IMG/VR virus record: IMGVR_UViG_3300012949_000670
Strand: one strand, 5' to 3'
Source: a virus
Length of the DNA stretch: 64,000 nt
How positions within the stretch are numbered: position 1 is the first letter of the stretch; each line of letters begins with the position of its first letter. Shown here piece after piece: positions 19,048 to 29,535 of the stretch. Under the pieces are notes generated by a model. That model was not told where the DNA came from, did not search any database, and saw only the letters and a program-made list of their open reading frames with translations. Position numbers and translations under genes: made by a program.

Positions 19048-19434
19048 ATGAAGACTCGCTTTTTTAAGGAATTTATGCGCTGTAATGCGGGTTTTTTATT
19101 CTTGACCAAATCGCAGACGTATATTGCGGTTGGAGCAACAGCGATTTATCTCGTTATTTTTTCCCTATTTATGGGGCTTATTCTGCGAGTAATTCTTGCT
19201 GTCGTTTTGGGAGCGTTGACCGGTTTCGCTATCGGACAAGAATACAAAGGAATTGAAGGGTATCAGTACGCCCTTGCGTTCTTGAAATTCCAGTTTGAAA
19301 AACTTACCAGCGGAAACCGGGGCGATTTAATGATGCCCGCATCGGCGTTCAATACGCAGTCATCGGTCGAATCTGAAGAAGACCCCTATACCCTGGTCGA
19401 AATTCAATCTCAACTTCCAACGAATCTCGAATAA
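19048..19434 (+). CDS. VirB3/PrgI-like small membrane protein
   Basis: Two TM helices, 128 aa, immediately upstream of virB4. Confidence 0.5.
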   Translation: MKTRFFKEFMRCNAGFLFLTKSQTYIAVGATAIYLVIFSLFMGLILRVILAVVLGALTGFAIGQEYKGIEGYQYALAFLKFQFEKLTSGNRGDLMMPASAFNTQSSVESEEDPYTLVEIQSQLPTNLE

Positions 19435-19443
19435 GAGGCATCA

Positions 19444-21561
19444 ATGGCTTATATTTATCGCTTTATCCCTAAGTCTTATTTCGGTCTATCACAAGAATCG
19501 ATTTTCAATATCGTCAGCCAAACACAGGCGATGTTTCGCAGCGTAGCGGATTCATCGAACCATTATTGCCGCATCGTCATCCATAACAGCCCTTATACGC
19601 TGGACAGCTATATCAAAGCTCTGACTATTCAGCGTGCCCGCTGCGGTGACAAGAAATGGATGACCGCCGGCCTGACATCCATGATTAACAGCCTTCGGTT
19701 TCAAGCCGACAAAAACCTGTTCCAGCCTTATGTTTATTTGGTGCTGTTCGACAAAAGGCTGGAAGATGCCAATGAATTTGCGACCCTGTTTGAAGCCCAA
19801 ACGGGTATGACGATGATTCAGACCCCGACCAGCGGGGCAGGGCTACCGCAAATTGTCGAAACGGTGGCACGGATTACCGACAAATACATCTTCACCCCGC
19901 CGAACCGCTACTGGAAAACCATTTATATTACCGGGTTCGAGGGCGAACATGATGTTTTCAAACCTGTGTTTGAACTGGTACGCCAGCCGTTTGAACTCAT
20001 GGTCTCCTTCGACATCATGTCGTATGCCAACGCCAATTTGGGGCAGAAGCTCGACATCACCATGAACCAGACCCTTGCAGAGTATTACCGCAATACGTAT
20101 CCAGCCAGCAGACAGGGGATTGAAGAACGTCTGGAAGCACTAAGACAGGTTCGGGAGCTGGTTGCGGCGAAACAGGAAAGCCTGCATGAGTTGACCGGGG
20201 CGATTGCTTTTTCCGCGCCGACTCTTGAGAAACTACAAGAACGGCAAGGAAGCATTAATGCGGCGACCACCGGTTTCTATAAACTCGCTATCCCGCGTGG
20301 GATGCAGGCTCAGGCGCTTCGCCGTTTTACGACCGACCATCCGACAACCTGCCCGCAGCCCGGAGAAATCAAAAAAACGGTTATTTCCAGCAATCTCGCT
20401 ATTGCCAACGTTGTTGGGAACGGTTTCCCGGAACCCGGTGGGAATGACGGCATCTGGTACGGTAATTCATATTTGAACGGGCACCCGATTTTGTACGATG
20501 GCTTTGGCCCCAACCGCAATGACGCGAACCACACCATCATCCTCGGCGCGACTGGTTCTGGTAAGACCGTAGCTTTGCAAACGTGGGCTTACCGCAGCCT
20601 GTTGGCGGGGATGCAGGTGATTGTGATGGAACCGCGCGGTCACTTCCGCCGACTGCACTCGTTGCTCCCCGATGAGAGTGCTTATAACGATATGGGGTTC
20701 GCTTCCAAATACAGTATCAATATTTTCGACCCCGTGTACCGTGACCTGAACGACCAGGTGGGTCACGTCATTACGGCGCTGTCTTTGCTGCTGAAGAAAG
20801 AATTTGACGAGACGGAGAACGCCGTTCTTCGCAACGAAATTACCTCGCTGTACCGGAACTACGACTCCATCATTCTGGAAAATCTCGTTTACGCGCTGCG
20901 GCAAGAAAAGTGGGCAAACCACCAGAATCCGCAGGTTCGTGAAGCTGCCGCGAATATCGCTGACCTGATTGACATTTCTATTATCAACACAGAAATGGAT
21001 AAGGTTTTCAATCGCAACACCAGCGGTATCGACCTGAATCTGGACACCGTAAGTCTGTCTATTTTTGATTTTGAAAAGGTATCTGCGGATTATCAAGGCT
21101 TGTTGTACTTCCTGATTTTGGCGAATATCCACTCTTATTTTGTCGGTAAGCGTCATCGCTCCCGCAACGCCATCATCATCGTGGACGAGTATTACCTGAT
21201 GAGCCAGATTCCGCAGTTGGCAGAAAGCCTTGCCCTGTTCTTCAAAACGTTCCGTACCTACGGCGTAGCGGTTTGGGTGGCAGAACAGGACTGGTACACG
21301 CTTACGGGCTTTGAAGGGCAGCGCAACAAGCACGGTGAATATTTGGTCAGCAACGCTGCCAATGTGGTCGCCCTGTATCACAACACGCTAAAAGATGCGC
21401 GGGCTTTGGCAAACATCATCCCGGAGCTGAATGAAGATTTGTTGAGTTACATCACCGGGACGAAGCGTGCCGGTACGGGTGTTTTGAAGCTCAAAGAAAA
21501 GATGATGCCATTCAGGTTGGAATTAACCGAACAGGAACGAAATCTGTTTATCGGTAGCTAG
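19444..21561 (+). CDS. virB4: VirB4/TraC-family T4SS ATPase
   Basis: HTIILGATGSGKT, VIVMEPRG, INIFDP, IIIVDE, FRTYGVAVWVAEQ. Confidence 0.85.
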   Translation: MAYIYRFIPKSYFGLSQESIFNIVSQTQAMFRSVADSSNHYCRIVIHNSPYTLDSYIKALTIQRARCGDKKWMTAGLTSMINSLRFQADKNLFQPYVYLVLFDKRLEDANEFATLFEAQTGMTMIQTPTSGAGLPQIVETVARITDKYIFTPPNRYWKTIYITGFEGEHDVFKPVFELVRQPFELMVSFDIMSYANANLGQKLDITMNQTLAEYYRNTYPASRQGIEERLEALRQVRELVAAKQESLHELTGAIAFSAPTLEKLQERQGSINAATTGFYKLAIPRGMQAQALRRFTTDHPTTCPQPGEIKKTVISSNLAIANVVGNGFPEPGGNDGIWYGNSYLNGHPILYDGFGPNRNDANHTIILGATGSGKTVALQTWAYRSLLAGMQVIVMEPRGHFRRLHSLLPDESAYNDMGFASKYSINIFDPVYRDLNDQVGHVITALSLLLKKEFDETENAVLRNEITSLYRNYDSIILENLVYALRQEKWANHQNPQVREAAANIADLIDISIINTEMDKVFNRNTSGIDLNLDTVSLSIFDFEKVSADYQGLLYFLILANIHSYFVGKRHRSRNAIIIVDEYYLMSQIPQLAESLALFFKTFRTYGVAVWVAEQDWYTLTGFEGQRNKHGEYLVSNAANVVALYHNTLKDARALANIIPELNEDLLSYITGTKRAGTGVLKLKEKMMPFRLELTEQERNLFIGS

Positions 21562-21608
21562 TTTCATCTTACTTAAAGCATTCCATTCATTTGATAGAAG
21601 AGGTCTTT

Positions 21609-23696
21609 ATGACAAAAAATAACCCGTCCAATTTAATCAAATACAACCAGCTCTTTGCCGATTATCTTCGGAAGAAAATCGAAGAATTAGAAGGCGACCG
21701 AAGTGGCATGGATTGGGGCACGCTCATTATCGGTGACGATATGGATGTCCCTGCACCGGTAGAGACTGGTTTTTCTGATACACAGCCTGTTTCCGCTGAA
21801 CCAGAAGAAGCCCTGAGCTGGAGCGAACTGCAACGACAAAAAATGCGGGAGCTTTACAGCGATGACACCGAGGATGCCAGCAACGGCACTGGATATGTGA
21901 CAGCTCCGGTGGAACAGGACAGCTCGGATGAGGACGAAATGGGCTTTGCTGAACTCAGCGACGATGATTTCTCGGCGGAAGTCGAGGACGAAGGTGATGA
22001 GTCCGCCGGTGATGAGTTCGATTTCGATGAATATGAGGACGATGATACGGTAGTCGAACCGGATGAAGCCGAAGATGACGGCGATGGTCTGGACTTATCC
22101 GAACTCGATTTCGAAGATGAAATGCCTGCTGCATTGGCAAGCAAGGAACTGGAAGATGACGACCTGTTCGGGTTCTCTGCTGGCGAAGAAGAAATCGAAA
22201 AACTTCCGGTTGAAGAATTCGTTGACGAAACCGAGATTGACGATGAGACCAGCGATGGTGATGAATCGGATGAAGGCGAAACTGATTGGTTAGCGGAAAC
22301 CGATGGTGCCGATGAATCATCAGACGCGTTGGCGGCGGGGGCGGTGGAAGCTGCCGATTTGGGCATGGACACAGATAACTTATTCGAAGATGACGGCGAG
22401 GACGAAACCCCCGAACTCGATGATGAAGCTCTGTTCGCTGAAGACGAGGTAGAAGAAGACGGCGACGGACTTCCGAGTGACGACTCTTTTGGCTTGGAAG
22501 ATGAAACCGACAGTGAATATGAGACCGATGAAACAGGCGAATCGGACGGCGAAGACGAAGAAGTTTGGCTGGATGATGAAAGCGCCGACGATTCTGGCGA
22601 AAAATCAGATGACGATTGGCTTTTTGCCGATGACGAAGGCGTAGATGAAGATGCAGAATTCGACATAGAAAGCGATGACAATTCGGATTTTTACGACATC
22701 GATGAAGCCGGGGAAGAAGCTTCATCCGAGGATGACGAATGGTCTTTGGATGAAGAAACCGATGGCGAAAGCGGCATCGGTTGGGATACTAATGATGACG
22801 CTGACGGTGATGCGGACTTAGATTGGGATACTGAGACCAGTGAAGAAACAGAAGATTCCGGTTGGGATGCTGAAGAAACCAGCGAAGAAGCTGAAGAATT
22901 CGAGGACGCCGATTGGGATACCGAAACAGAAGAAGAAACTGAGGATGCCGATTGGAATATTGATGCTGGCGAGGCATCCGAAGACGACGATTGGAATGTC
23001 GAAACTGGTGAAGAAACCGAGGACACTGATTGGGATACCGAGCTTGCCGAAGAAGATGAAACCGCCGACTGGAACGCCGAATCGGATGATGAATTAGAAG
23101 ATTGGGGAATTGAAACCGAGGATACTGGCGAAGATAGCGATTGGGGCAGTGAAGATTCTTCTTCTGACGACGAGCTGGAATGGGATGCCGATGAAGAATC
23201 CGAAGAACTTACAGACGACCTTGTTTTCGCTGAGGATGAAGTCGAAGAAGTGAACAGCCAGGACTTCGGTGAATTTGATTCTGAAGAAGACGAATTTGCC
23301 TTCGAGGATGAAGTAGACGGCGGTGGCGAAGAACTGGTGGAAGACGCTGCCGATGACGAAATCCTCGACCTGCTGGACGATGAAGAATTGCCTGATGACG
23401 AAGCCGAATACACGGAAGATGGTGGCTGGTCAACGGAAAAACTGGAATCGGACGATGAAATCAGCGAAGATGACGATGATTTTTCGGTATGGCTGGAAGA
23501 AGATAATGGTGGTGAAGCGGATGAGTATCCCGAGGATGAAAATGCGGACACCGATGGAGACGATAGCATCGAATGGCTTTCAGAGGATGATGAATTAATT
23601 ACCGAAGATGAACTGTTCTCTGCCGGTGAAAACGCCGCTAATGACGACGATGACGACCTGATTGATTTGGACGGTCTGGATGACTTATTCAAATAA
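21609..23696 (+). CDS. Ultra-acidic low-complexity protein
   Basis: About 695 aa dominated by Asp/Glu, with periodic Trp. ATG at 21609 follows GAGG. Confidence 0.8.
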   Translation: MTKNNPSNLIKYNQLFADYLRKKIEELEGDRSGMDWGTLIIGDDMDVPAPVETGFSDTQPVSAEPEEALSWSELQRQKMRELYSDDTEDASNGTGYVTAPVEQDSSDEDEMGFAELSDDDFSAEVEDEGDESAGDEFDFDEYEDDDTVVEPDEAEDDGDGLDLSELDFEDEMPAALASKELEDDDLFGFSAGEEEIEKLPVEEFVDETEIDDETSDGDESDEGETDWLAETDGADESSDALAAGAVEAADLGMDTDNLFEDDGEDETPELDDEALFAEDEVEEDGDGLPSDDSFGLEDETDSEYETDETGESDGEDEEVWLDDESADDSGEKSDDDWLFADDEGVDEDAEFDIESDDNSDFYDIDEAGEEASSEDDEWSLDEETDGESGIGWDTNDDADGDADLDWDTETSEETEDSGWDAEETSEEAEEFEDADWDTETEEETEDADWNIDAGEASEDDDWNVETGEETEDTDWDTELAEEDETADWNAESDDELEDWGIETEDTGEDSDWGSEDSSSDDELEWDADEESEELTDDLVFAEDEVEEVNSQDFGEFDSEEDEFAFEDEVDGGGEELVEDAADDEILDLLDDEELPDDEAEYTEDGGWSTEKLESDDEISEDDDDFSVWLEEDNGGEADEYPEDENADTDGDDSIEWLSEDDELITEDELFSAGENAANDDDDDLIDLDGLDDLFK
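22737..23186 (+). repeat. Coding imperfect tandem repeat of about 39 bp (W-D/N-x-E...E-D-x-D)
   Basis: 12 Trp residues, mostly 13 residues apart. Confidence 0.8.
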
Positions 23697-23892
23697 TCAG
23701 GACGATATAAGACCGCTCATGATGTGGAACGGTACTTGAAAATCATGGCTCTTTCCAAAATCTTCCACCACATCTGGTGGAAGATTTTGGATAAAGGAAA
23801 TAGAAGCGGGGTAGGGCATCCCCACTTTATGAATGAAACGGAAGATGAGTGTTTTCAAAAAAAGGTGATTGAAAGGTAGGAGTAGAGATTTT

Positions 23893-26067
23893 ATGCCAAA
23901 CAACAAATTCCATCAGGTTCGGTACTTTCTGTGGGGAGCGGGCGGCTTCCTACTTATTGTTTCACTGGCGCTAATGGCATCTGCGATTACCAACCATATC
24001 AATGCAGAAGAACCCATTGGCTCGGGCGATATTTTCATGGCATTCCTTCTTTTGCTCATCACGATTGTTTTTTGGGGCGTGTTCCTGTACTTCCGGCGCG
24101 ACATTTATAGTTCATTTTCCAGCGCCAAAGCCTATGAGGTTTCCTTTTCCAGCAAAGATGGGGCGGTAGGGGTTGATATGGTGCGAGCAAATTATCTCGC
24201 CAAAAACCTGATGTATATGATGGCGCTCCAAAACCCCGGACGGCGTTTCTCCATCATTATTACGGACAAAAACAACCAGAAGCCAATTTTTATTTCTGAC
24301 TTCTCCAAAGAACAGATTGTTGCTTTTGTCGGCGCTGGTAAGGACTTTGTGAATTTGAACATCCGCCTGAAAGAAATTGATGTCCGGCATTTGCTGGGGG
24401 CAGGGAAATACTATTACTGCCTGCTGAAGGATGATACCTTCAGCAAAGATACTCCCAACATCAATGTATCTGACCTTATCAAGGACAGCGATGGGGCGAT
24501 TGAAGCTGTTTATATCAATATGTGCTACAAGCAAAATAAAAACGCCCAACTGCCTACTGGGAATATCGTAGTCCGGGTAAAGGCAGACGCACAGCCAAAA
24601 GGCGAAGGTCAGGACGCAAGACAGGACATCGTGGCAATTCTCAACAATCATCTGCACCATATTTCCATCGTCATGGTGTTGGGCAATCATCCTTTTGTCA
24701 AGCTCTATGACGGTCTGTATAAATCGCTGGTGAAAATCATCCTGTCCGATACCATCATCGAAGCGGTGGCAATTACGAAATTCTCGGCAGTTCGGAATTT
24801 CAACGAAGAATATCTGTCCCAGAAGAAGTGGGTGGTCGCCACGTCTGGCGAGAATTACAAGTCCCCGGTGTATTTGCGTAAAAACACGCTGGTTTTGCAG
24901 GATTATCCCGGTTTGAGCAATCCGGCAAATATCTGGATGAACACGATGATACAGATGGACAACCTTTCGTCCTTCATCGCTATTGACCTGGATGGCTCAA
25001 TTACCGCTACGGCGAAATCCATGAACGCCGACCTGATTATGAACCGGGATATTGCTATTATCAAAACACCGACAGAAGCTCCAGAGTACATTATCAATTT
25101 GCTGTCGCTGTGGCCGGGGGTCTCGGAAGAATATTCGCCGGAAATGGTCGGGGCTTTGCTTGTGTACTGCGAAAAATTTATTCGCTACATTTTCCCGTAT
25201 GAAGCGAAAGTACGGCAAGACCAGATGGCGGTCATCCTGCAAGGGTCAATTCTCACCATTCTGGAAAGCGGTACAGACTTCGATTTAGCGAACTTTATTG
25301 TCGCCATGAAGGATGTTCCCGCCCCAATTCAGTTCCTTAAAAATATTCACAAAATGATGCACATGCTCGTTTATGAAAACGAGGATTATCCGATGCTTTC
25401 TCGCATTTGGATAACCATGAACGAGTTGGGGCACAGCATCAATTACAACGCTACGCTTGCCAACCAGGAGGCTACAGCGGCAAATATGGGCGACCTGAAC
25501 ACCCTGCACAAGCGTCTGTCTCCCTTCCTGAGCGAACCGGGCAACTTGCTGATTTGCAACAGTGAAAGTCGCTACAGCCCGGCTGAATATCGGAACATCA
25601 TTTTTGACCTGTCATCATGGGATGGGAACATGGAATCGCTGACGCTAGAATATTTATTAGCAGGTGTTTTTTATACCCAATTCATCCGGCAGAAGTTCGG
25701 ACTGCCTCCAACCAGTCTGATGATTAGCGGTATCAGCAGACTTGGTTCGGAAGGTCAGGCCGTGGCAGTGGATATTTTGGCGGATTACATTCGTAGCACA
25801 GAATATTCCGATTTTAGCTGCCTGGTCGCAGACCGCAAAGCCATTCACGGGTACGTGAAAATGTTCTCTGCCAAATTGTTCAACGATATGTTTGTATTCC
25901 GATTACAGGAAGCGGAAGAAGTTCGCGACCTGCTGGCAAAAACGAAAACACTCGAAAGCGTTTACACCCTGCCGAAGCAAACGGGTTATATCTTCCGGCT
26001 GTCCAGCGATAAATCCCGCTTAATTCCGGGAAACGTTTACACCGCCCGTCCCCAAATTGTCAACTAA
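23893..26067 (+). CDS. VirD4/TraD-like membrane protein lacking Walker motifs
   Basis: Two N-terminal TM helices. IAIDLDGS resembles the vIDPhGd strand of coupling proteins, and LHKRLSPFL and IIFDLS also fit. No GxxGxGK. Confidence 0.4.
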   Translation: MPNNKFHQVRYFLWGAGGFLLIVSLALMASAITNHINAEEPIGSGDIFMAFLLLLITIVFWGVFLYFRRDIYSSFSSAKAYEVSFSSKDGAVGVDMVRANYLAKNLMYMMALQNPGRRFSIIITDKNNQKPIFISDFSKEQIVAFVGAGKDFVNLNIRLKEIDVRHLLGAGKYYYCLLKDDTFSKDTPNINVSDLIKDSDGAIEAVYINMCYKQNKNAQLPTGNIVVRVKADAQPKGEGQDARQDIVAILNNHLHHISIVMVLGNHPFVKLYDGLYKSLVKIILSDTIIEAVAITKFSAVRNFNEEYLSQKKWVVATSGENYKSPVYLRKNTLVLQDYPGLSNPANIWMNTMIQMDNLSSFIAIDLDGSITATAKSMNADLIMNRDIAIIKTPTEAPEYIINLLSLWPGVSEEYSPEMVGALLVYCEKFIRYIFPYEAKVRQDQMAVILQGSILTILESGTDFDLANFIVAMKDVPAPIQFLKNIHKMMHMLVYENEDYPMLSRIWITMNELGHSINYNATLANQEATAANMGDLNTLHKRLSPFLSEPGNLLICNSESRYSPAEYRNIIFDLSSWDGNMESLTLEYLLAGVFYTQFIRQKFGLPPTSLMISGISRLGSEGQAVAVDILADYIRSTEYSDFSCLVADRKAIHGYVKMFSAKLFNDMFVFRLQEAEEVRDLLAKTKTLESVYTLPKQTGYIFRLSSDKSRLIPGNVYTARPQIVN

Positions 26068-26113
26068 TCGGACGGTAAAGATACACGATAACTTGTTGGT
26101 AAATGGAGTCGGT

Positions 26114-26674
26114 ATGTTAAAAGTGAATCATGCATTGGTGTCTTCTTCTGGCAGTCTGGCATTATTTGCCCTGACCAACCCAGGATTGATGGCAGCACCG
26201 GCTGAAAATGTAATCACATACGCTTTGGTTCTGGCAGGAGCGACTGTGGGGGCAGTCACTCCTGACATGGACATCGTAATCCCGTCCATCATTCCAGAAC
26301 TGATTTTCAACGTTCTGACTGCGCCTTTCCCAAAACTGCGCAAGAAAAAGATTGCTTTTGGACACCGTACTTACACCCATTCGCTCCTGGCTGTCGGCTT
26401 TTTTGCCCTGCTGACGACTTTGAGTTGGTTGATACCGGAAAAGTTTGTCTTTTATTTGCTATTAGGGCATCTGTTTGGCTATATCTTTCATTTGATAGCC
26501 GACATGATGACCGTTTCGGGTGTTCCCTTGCTCTGGTTTTTCAACAACAAAAAATTTCATGTTCTCCCCACCTTCCTTCGCATTGTCACTGGCAAATCTG
26601 CAATGGAACGGGTTTATGCCGTAATGATGTTTATGGCCGGTCTATACGTCTTCTATATACATCTCGGTTTATAG
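26114..26674 (+). CDS. YdjM/DUF457-like membrane metal-dependent hydrolase
   Basis: NHAL, GAVTPDMD, GHRTYTHSL, FHLIADMMTVSGVPLLW. Confidence 0.85.
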   Translation: MLKVNHALVSSSGSLALFALTNPGLMAAPAENVITYALVLAGATVGAVTPDMDIVIPSIIPELIFNVLTAPFPKLRKKKIAFGHRTYTHSLLAVGFFALLTTLSWLIPEKFVFYLLLGHLFGYIFHLIADMMTVSGVPLLWFFNNKKFHVLPTFLRIVTGKSAMERVYAVMMFMAGLYVFYIHLGL

Positions 26675-26691
26675 AACGGCGGTGAGAAAAT

Positions 26692-28473
26692 ATGAAGAAA
26701 AACTCCACCATCCTTATCCTTGCATTTTTCGCAGTCCTGTCACTAACCGCTTGCGTTGAAGAATATCGCGACGCAAGCGTGGTAAGTTTTCCTGCGGAAT
26801 ATGTGTACTGGATTGCAGCCACAGATACACCATATCCTACCGCAACTCCGATTGAACCCAATTATCCGAATTCGAGCCTCGTCTGCCAGGGTGTGCAGAT
26901 GCCAATTCGGGACATCTGCGAAAACAAATTGGGTTCGGCTTGTAATGTCGACTGCGGTATGTTTGTCCCCAACATTCCTACGGCTACTCCACAGCCCACG
27001 CCGACCCCTTATATCCGCAAACACACTTTTTACATGAACCAGCACGTTAACGTCAATGGCGTGGTGGTGACGCTGCTTCGTGTGGAGACCACAGAGTATG
27101 AAGGGCAGCATTATTACGTTCCTGTTTTTCAAGTTAACAACAACTGGGAACAAGATATTGTAGTTCCGCTCGTTATTAGCGGGCAGATTACCGAAGTCAA
27201 GACATCCAGTGGTGTTTTGGTTGGCAATTGGCGTTCAGATATGTCAATATCACCGAAGGTTGCTGAAAGTATGGGCTATCCGGGCGGAGATAGGATTGAC
27301 ACGACACTGAAAGCAAGGGAACAAAAAGAATATGCTATTCCAATTCCGGCTCCGGCCGGCCAAATCAATGCGTTCCAGATTAATACCGACCCGCTTTCAA
27401 CTGACCCGTCAGCTTTTTTGACGTGGGTAACACAGCCTGACCCGTTCCTTTGCCCCGATTCGCGTAAGACTTCCCCTAACGGGTGTCACTATCATGCAGA
27501 AAAGTCTATCAACGAATATGCCCCTCTGCACCCGGTGCCGCCTGACCCTGTAACCTATTATTTTGAAAACGAGGGTGGCGGTTCATCCGATGCATTTTAC
27601 AACCCAAACAACTTCGGAACGGGTTCGACCGCAAAAGGCGGTGATACTGGGGGCGCTGGTACGGGCAAGGGTTCCGCTGCAACTGCTTTCGACCCAAGTA
27701 CCTATGCTTACACGGGTGAAACATCCGGTATCATGCCGCTTGCCGGTGCAGGACGCATTAGCCAGTATTACGGCTGTTCTGGATACAAACTTAAATCTAC
27801 CGGGGTTTGCGTTTATCCGAAACGCGTCAGCCCGTGCGACCCGAGCGTACCGAAGTGCCGGAACGAAGAAGGTACTGATGATTGGACGTGGGGTTTTCAC
27901 ACCGGCATTGATTTCGGCGCATCAAAGGGAACGCCAATTTATTCGGTCTCTTATGGAAAAGTAATTCGAAAAACCTGCACCGAAGAAAATGGTGATTTGG
28001 GCACACAGGCTTGCGAGGAAGGCACTTACGGATATGGGCGACATCTCGTTATTGCTGATTATGACAATGGCTTGTGCTTCTACTATGCCCACATGAACAC
28101 TTATCCTTCTTATATTCCTCAGCATGAAGTACCAGAAGGATATGGAACGACCGTCGGGCATAACTATACCCACCGTGATGCGATGACTCCTACTCCTGAG
28201 ACCCTGGAGGGAACACCAACAGAAGAATCTCCATCCGAGGAAGCAACGCCCGCAGCCGTCCCAACGTATGACCCGAATTTACCAAAGGCTCAGCTTGTCG
28301 TTGGCTCGTATGTAGCCATTGGCGATGTGATTGGTCAGGTCGGCAATACAGGGAACTCGTCCGGGCCTCACCTGCACTTTGAAATCCGCCTGATGACCGA
28401 GGATGGAAGCTGCTCTAATACGACTATGTCGCCAGAAGGTTATCTGAACATCCCGCTGGGATTTAATAACTAA
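26692..28473 (+). CDS. Lipoprotein with a C-terminal M23 peptidase
   Basis: Lipobox LTAC. FHTGIDF, YAHM, GNTGNSSGPHLHFEIR. Confidence 0.85.
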   Translation: MKKNSTILILAFFAVLSLTACVEEYRDASVVSFPAEYVYWIAATDTPYPTATPIEPNYPNSSLVCQGVQMPIRDICENKLGSACNVDCGMFVPNIPTATPQPTPTPYIRKHTFYMNQHVNVNGVVVTLLRVETTEYEGQHYYVPVFQVNNNWEQDIVVPLVISGQITEVKTSSGVLVGNWRSDMSISPKVAESMGYPGGDRIDTTLKAREQKEYAIPIPAPAGQINAFQINTDPLSTDPSAFLTWVTQPDPFLCPDSRKTSPNGCHYHAEKSINEYAPLHPVPPDPVTYYFENEGGGSSDAFYNPNNFGTGSTAKGGDTGGAGTGKGSAATAFDPSTYAYTGETSGIMPLAGAGRISQYYGCSGYKLKSTGVCVYPKRVSPCDPSVPKCRNEEGTDDWTWGFHTGIDFGASKGTPIYSVSYGKVIRKTCTEENGDLGTQACEEGTYGYGRHLVIADYDNGLCFYYAHMNTYPSYIPQHEVPEGYGTTVGHNYTHRDAMTPTPETLEGTPTEESPSEEATPAAVPTYDPNLPKAQLVVGSYVAIGDVIGQVGNTGNSSGPHLHFEIRLMTEDGSCSNTTMSPEGYLNIPLGFNN

Positions 28474-28490
28474 TGAAGGAAAAGTCAGCT

Positions 28491-29516
28491 ATGAAAAAGA
28501 CAACGCTTTTTGGTTTGATGGTTTTGGTCTTGCTGTTATTTGCCGTACAAACGCCGGTGTCAGCCAGCACCAATCCCCCGTGGTGGCCGACACCCGAACC
28601 AGAAGATGACGGATTGGGCGGATATGTTGAACCGACCCAAACCATTGCCCCAGAGCCAATCCGGGACATGTATTGTGTGCGGGACGAAACCAATCCGGCT
28701 GACGAATACTGTTTTGACCGGAATAAGCACCTACCCATTACGGTCAAGGTTTTGATTTTCAACGCAGAAAAAAACATATTGGAACCGGCTGTCAGCGCCG
28801 GGGTTCAGTTCCGTTATCTGAGAGAACCGAGAGACCCGCGCACAAACAGTGGAACGATTTTAGATGCCTGCACGACCGGAATTGACGGGGCTTGCACAAT
28901 GAGTCTGCCTGTGACCACCGGGACTTTCCAGGTCTCCGGGGTAAGTTTCAATGGAATTGGCAACATTGATAAAACAGGTTTTGGCGAATTCTTAGATTAT
29001 GTGGCGCAAAAGCCCCAAATCGACTTTTTTGAATTTGATGATGAATACCCGTATGCCATAACCACATCAAAGGACAGGAATTACTACATCATTCTCTACC
29101 CAAACACCAACGGGCAGGAACTTAAATGGGCGCTTTACCAGCAGAATGCGGGTGAGGAAAACGCAATTGTCGGTCATATGAATACCGTCTACGGTCTTAC
29201 GCCGGAAAACCTCCCCCTTAGCCTTTCACCGGAGATGGTAAATAATCAAGCCCCGCTGGAATACTACTACCCGCCGAATGCAGACCGGGATTATATTCCC
29301 CCGGAAGATGATACCGAATCGTGGGCAAGATATACCGACAATTATGGCGAGTATGTGGATGATTATGCCCCCGGCAACACGCAAAGCGACAGCGCCCCGC
29401 AACAGACCGCACCGAGACAGAAGGTTTCGTTCATTGTGGTGTTCCTGGTTTTACTTCTGATTGTTGGTTTGATTATCGGGGGGTATCTGGTTTATTCGTT
29501 ACTGCGCAAGAAATAA
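28491..29516 (+). CDS. Secreted protein with a C-terminal membrane anchor
   Basis: Signal peptide MKKTTLFGLMV... and a C-terminal TM followed by RKK. Confidence 0.7.
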   Translation: MKKTTLFGLMVLVLLLFAVQTPVSASTNPPWWPTPEPEDDGLGGYVEPTQTIAPEPIRDMYCVRDETNPADEYCFDRNKHLPITVKVLIFNAEKNILEPAVSAGVQFRYLREPRDPRTNSGTILDACTTGIDGACTMSLPVTTGTFQVSGVSFNGIGNIDKTGFGEFLDYVAQKPQIDFFEFDDEYPYAITTSKDRNYYIILYPNTNGQELKWALYQQNAGEENAIVGHMNTVYGLTPENLPLSLSPEMVNNQAPLEYYYPPNADRDYIPPEDDTESWARYTDNYGEYVDDYAPGNTQSDSAPQQTAPRQKVSFIVVFLVLLLIVGLIIGGYLVYSLLRKK

Positions 29517-29535
29517 AAGGAGTGAGAGATAACCT

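Noticed and set aside
22737-23186. Periodicity of about 39 bp as a possible CRISPR array
   Set aside because: The units are degenerate, in frame and protein-coding, with no repeat-spacer structure and no cas genes.
21854-23692. Long Ser-rich antisense ORFs
   Set aside because: They are the reverse complement of GAA/GAT-rich acidic codons.
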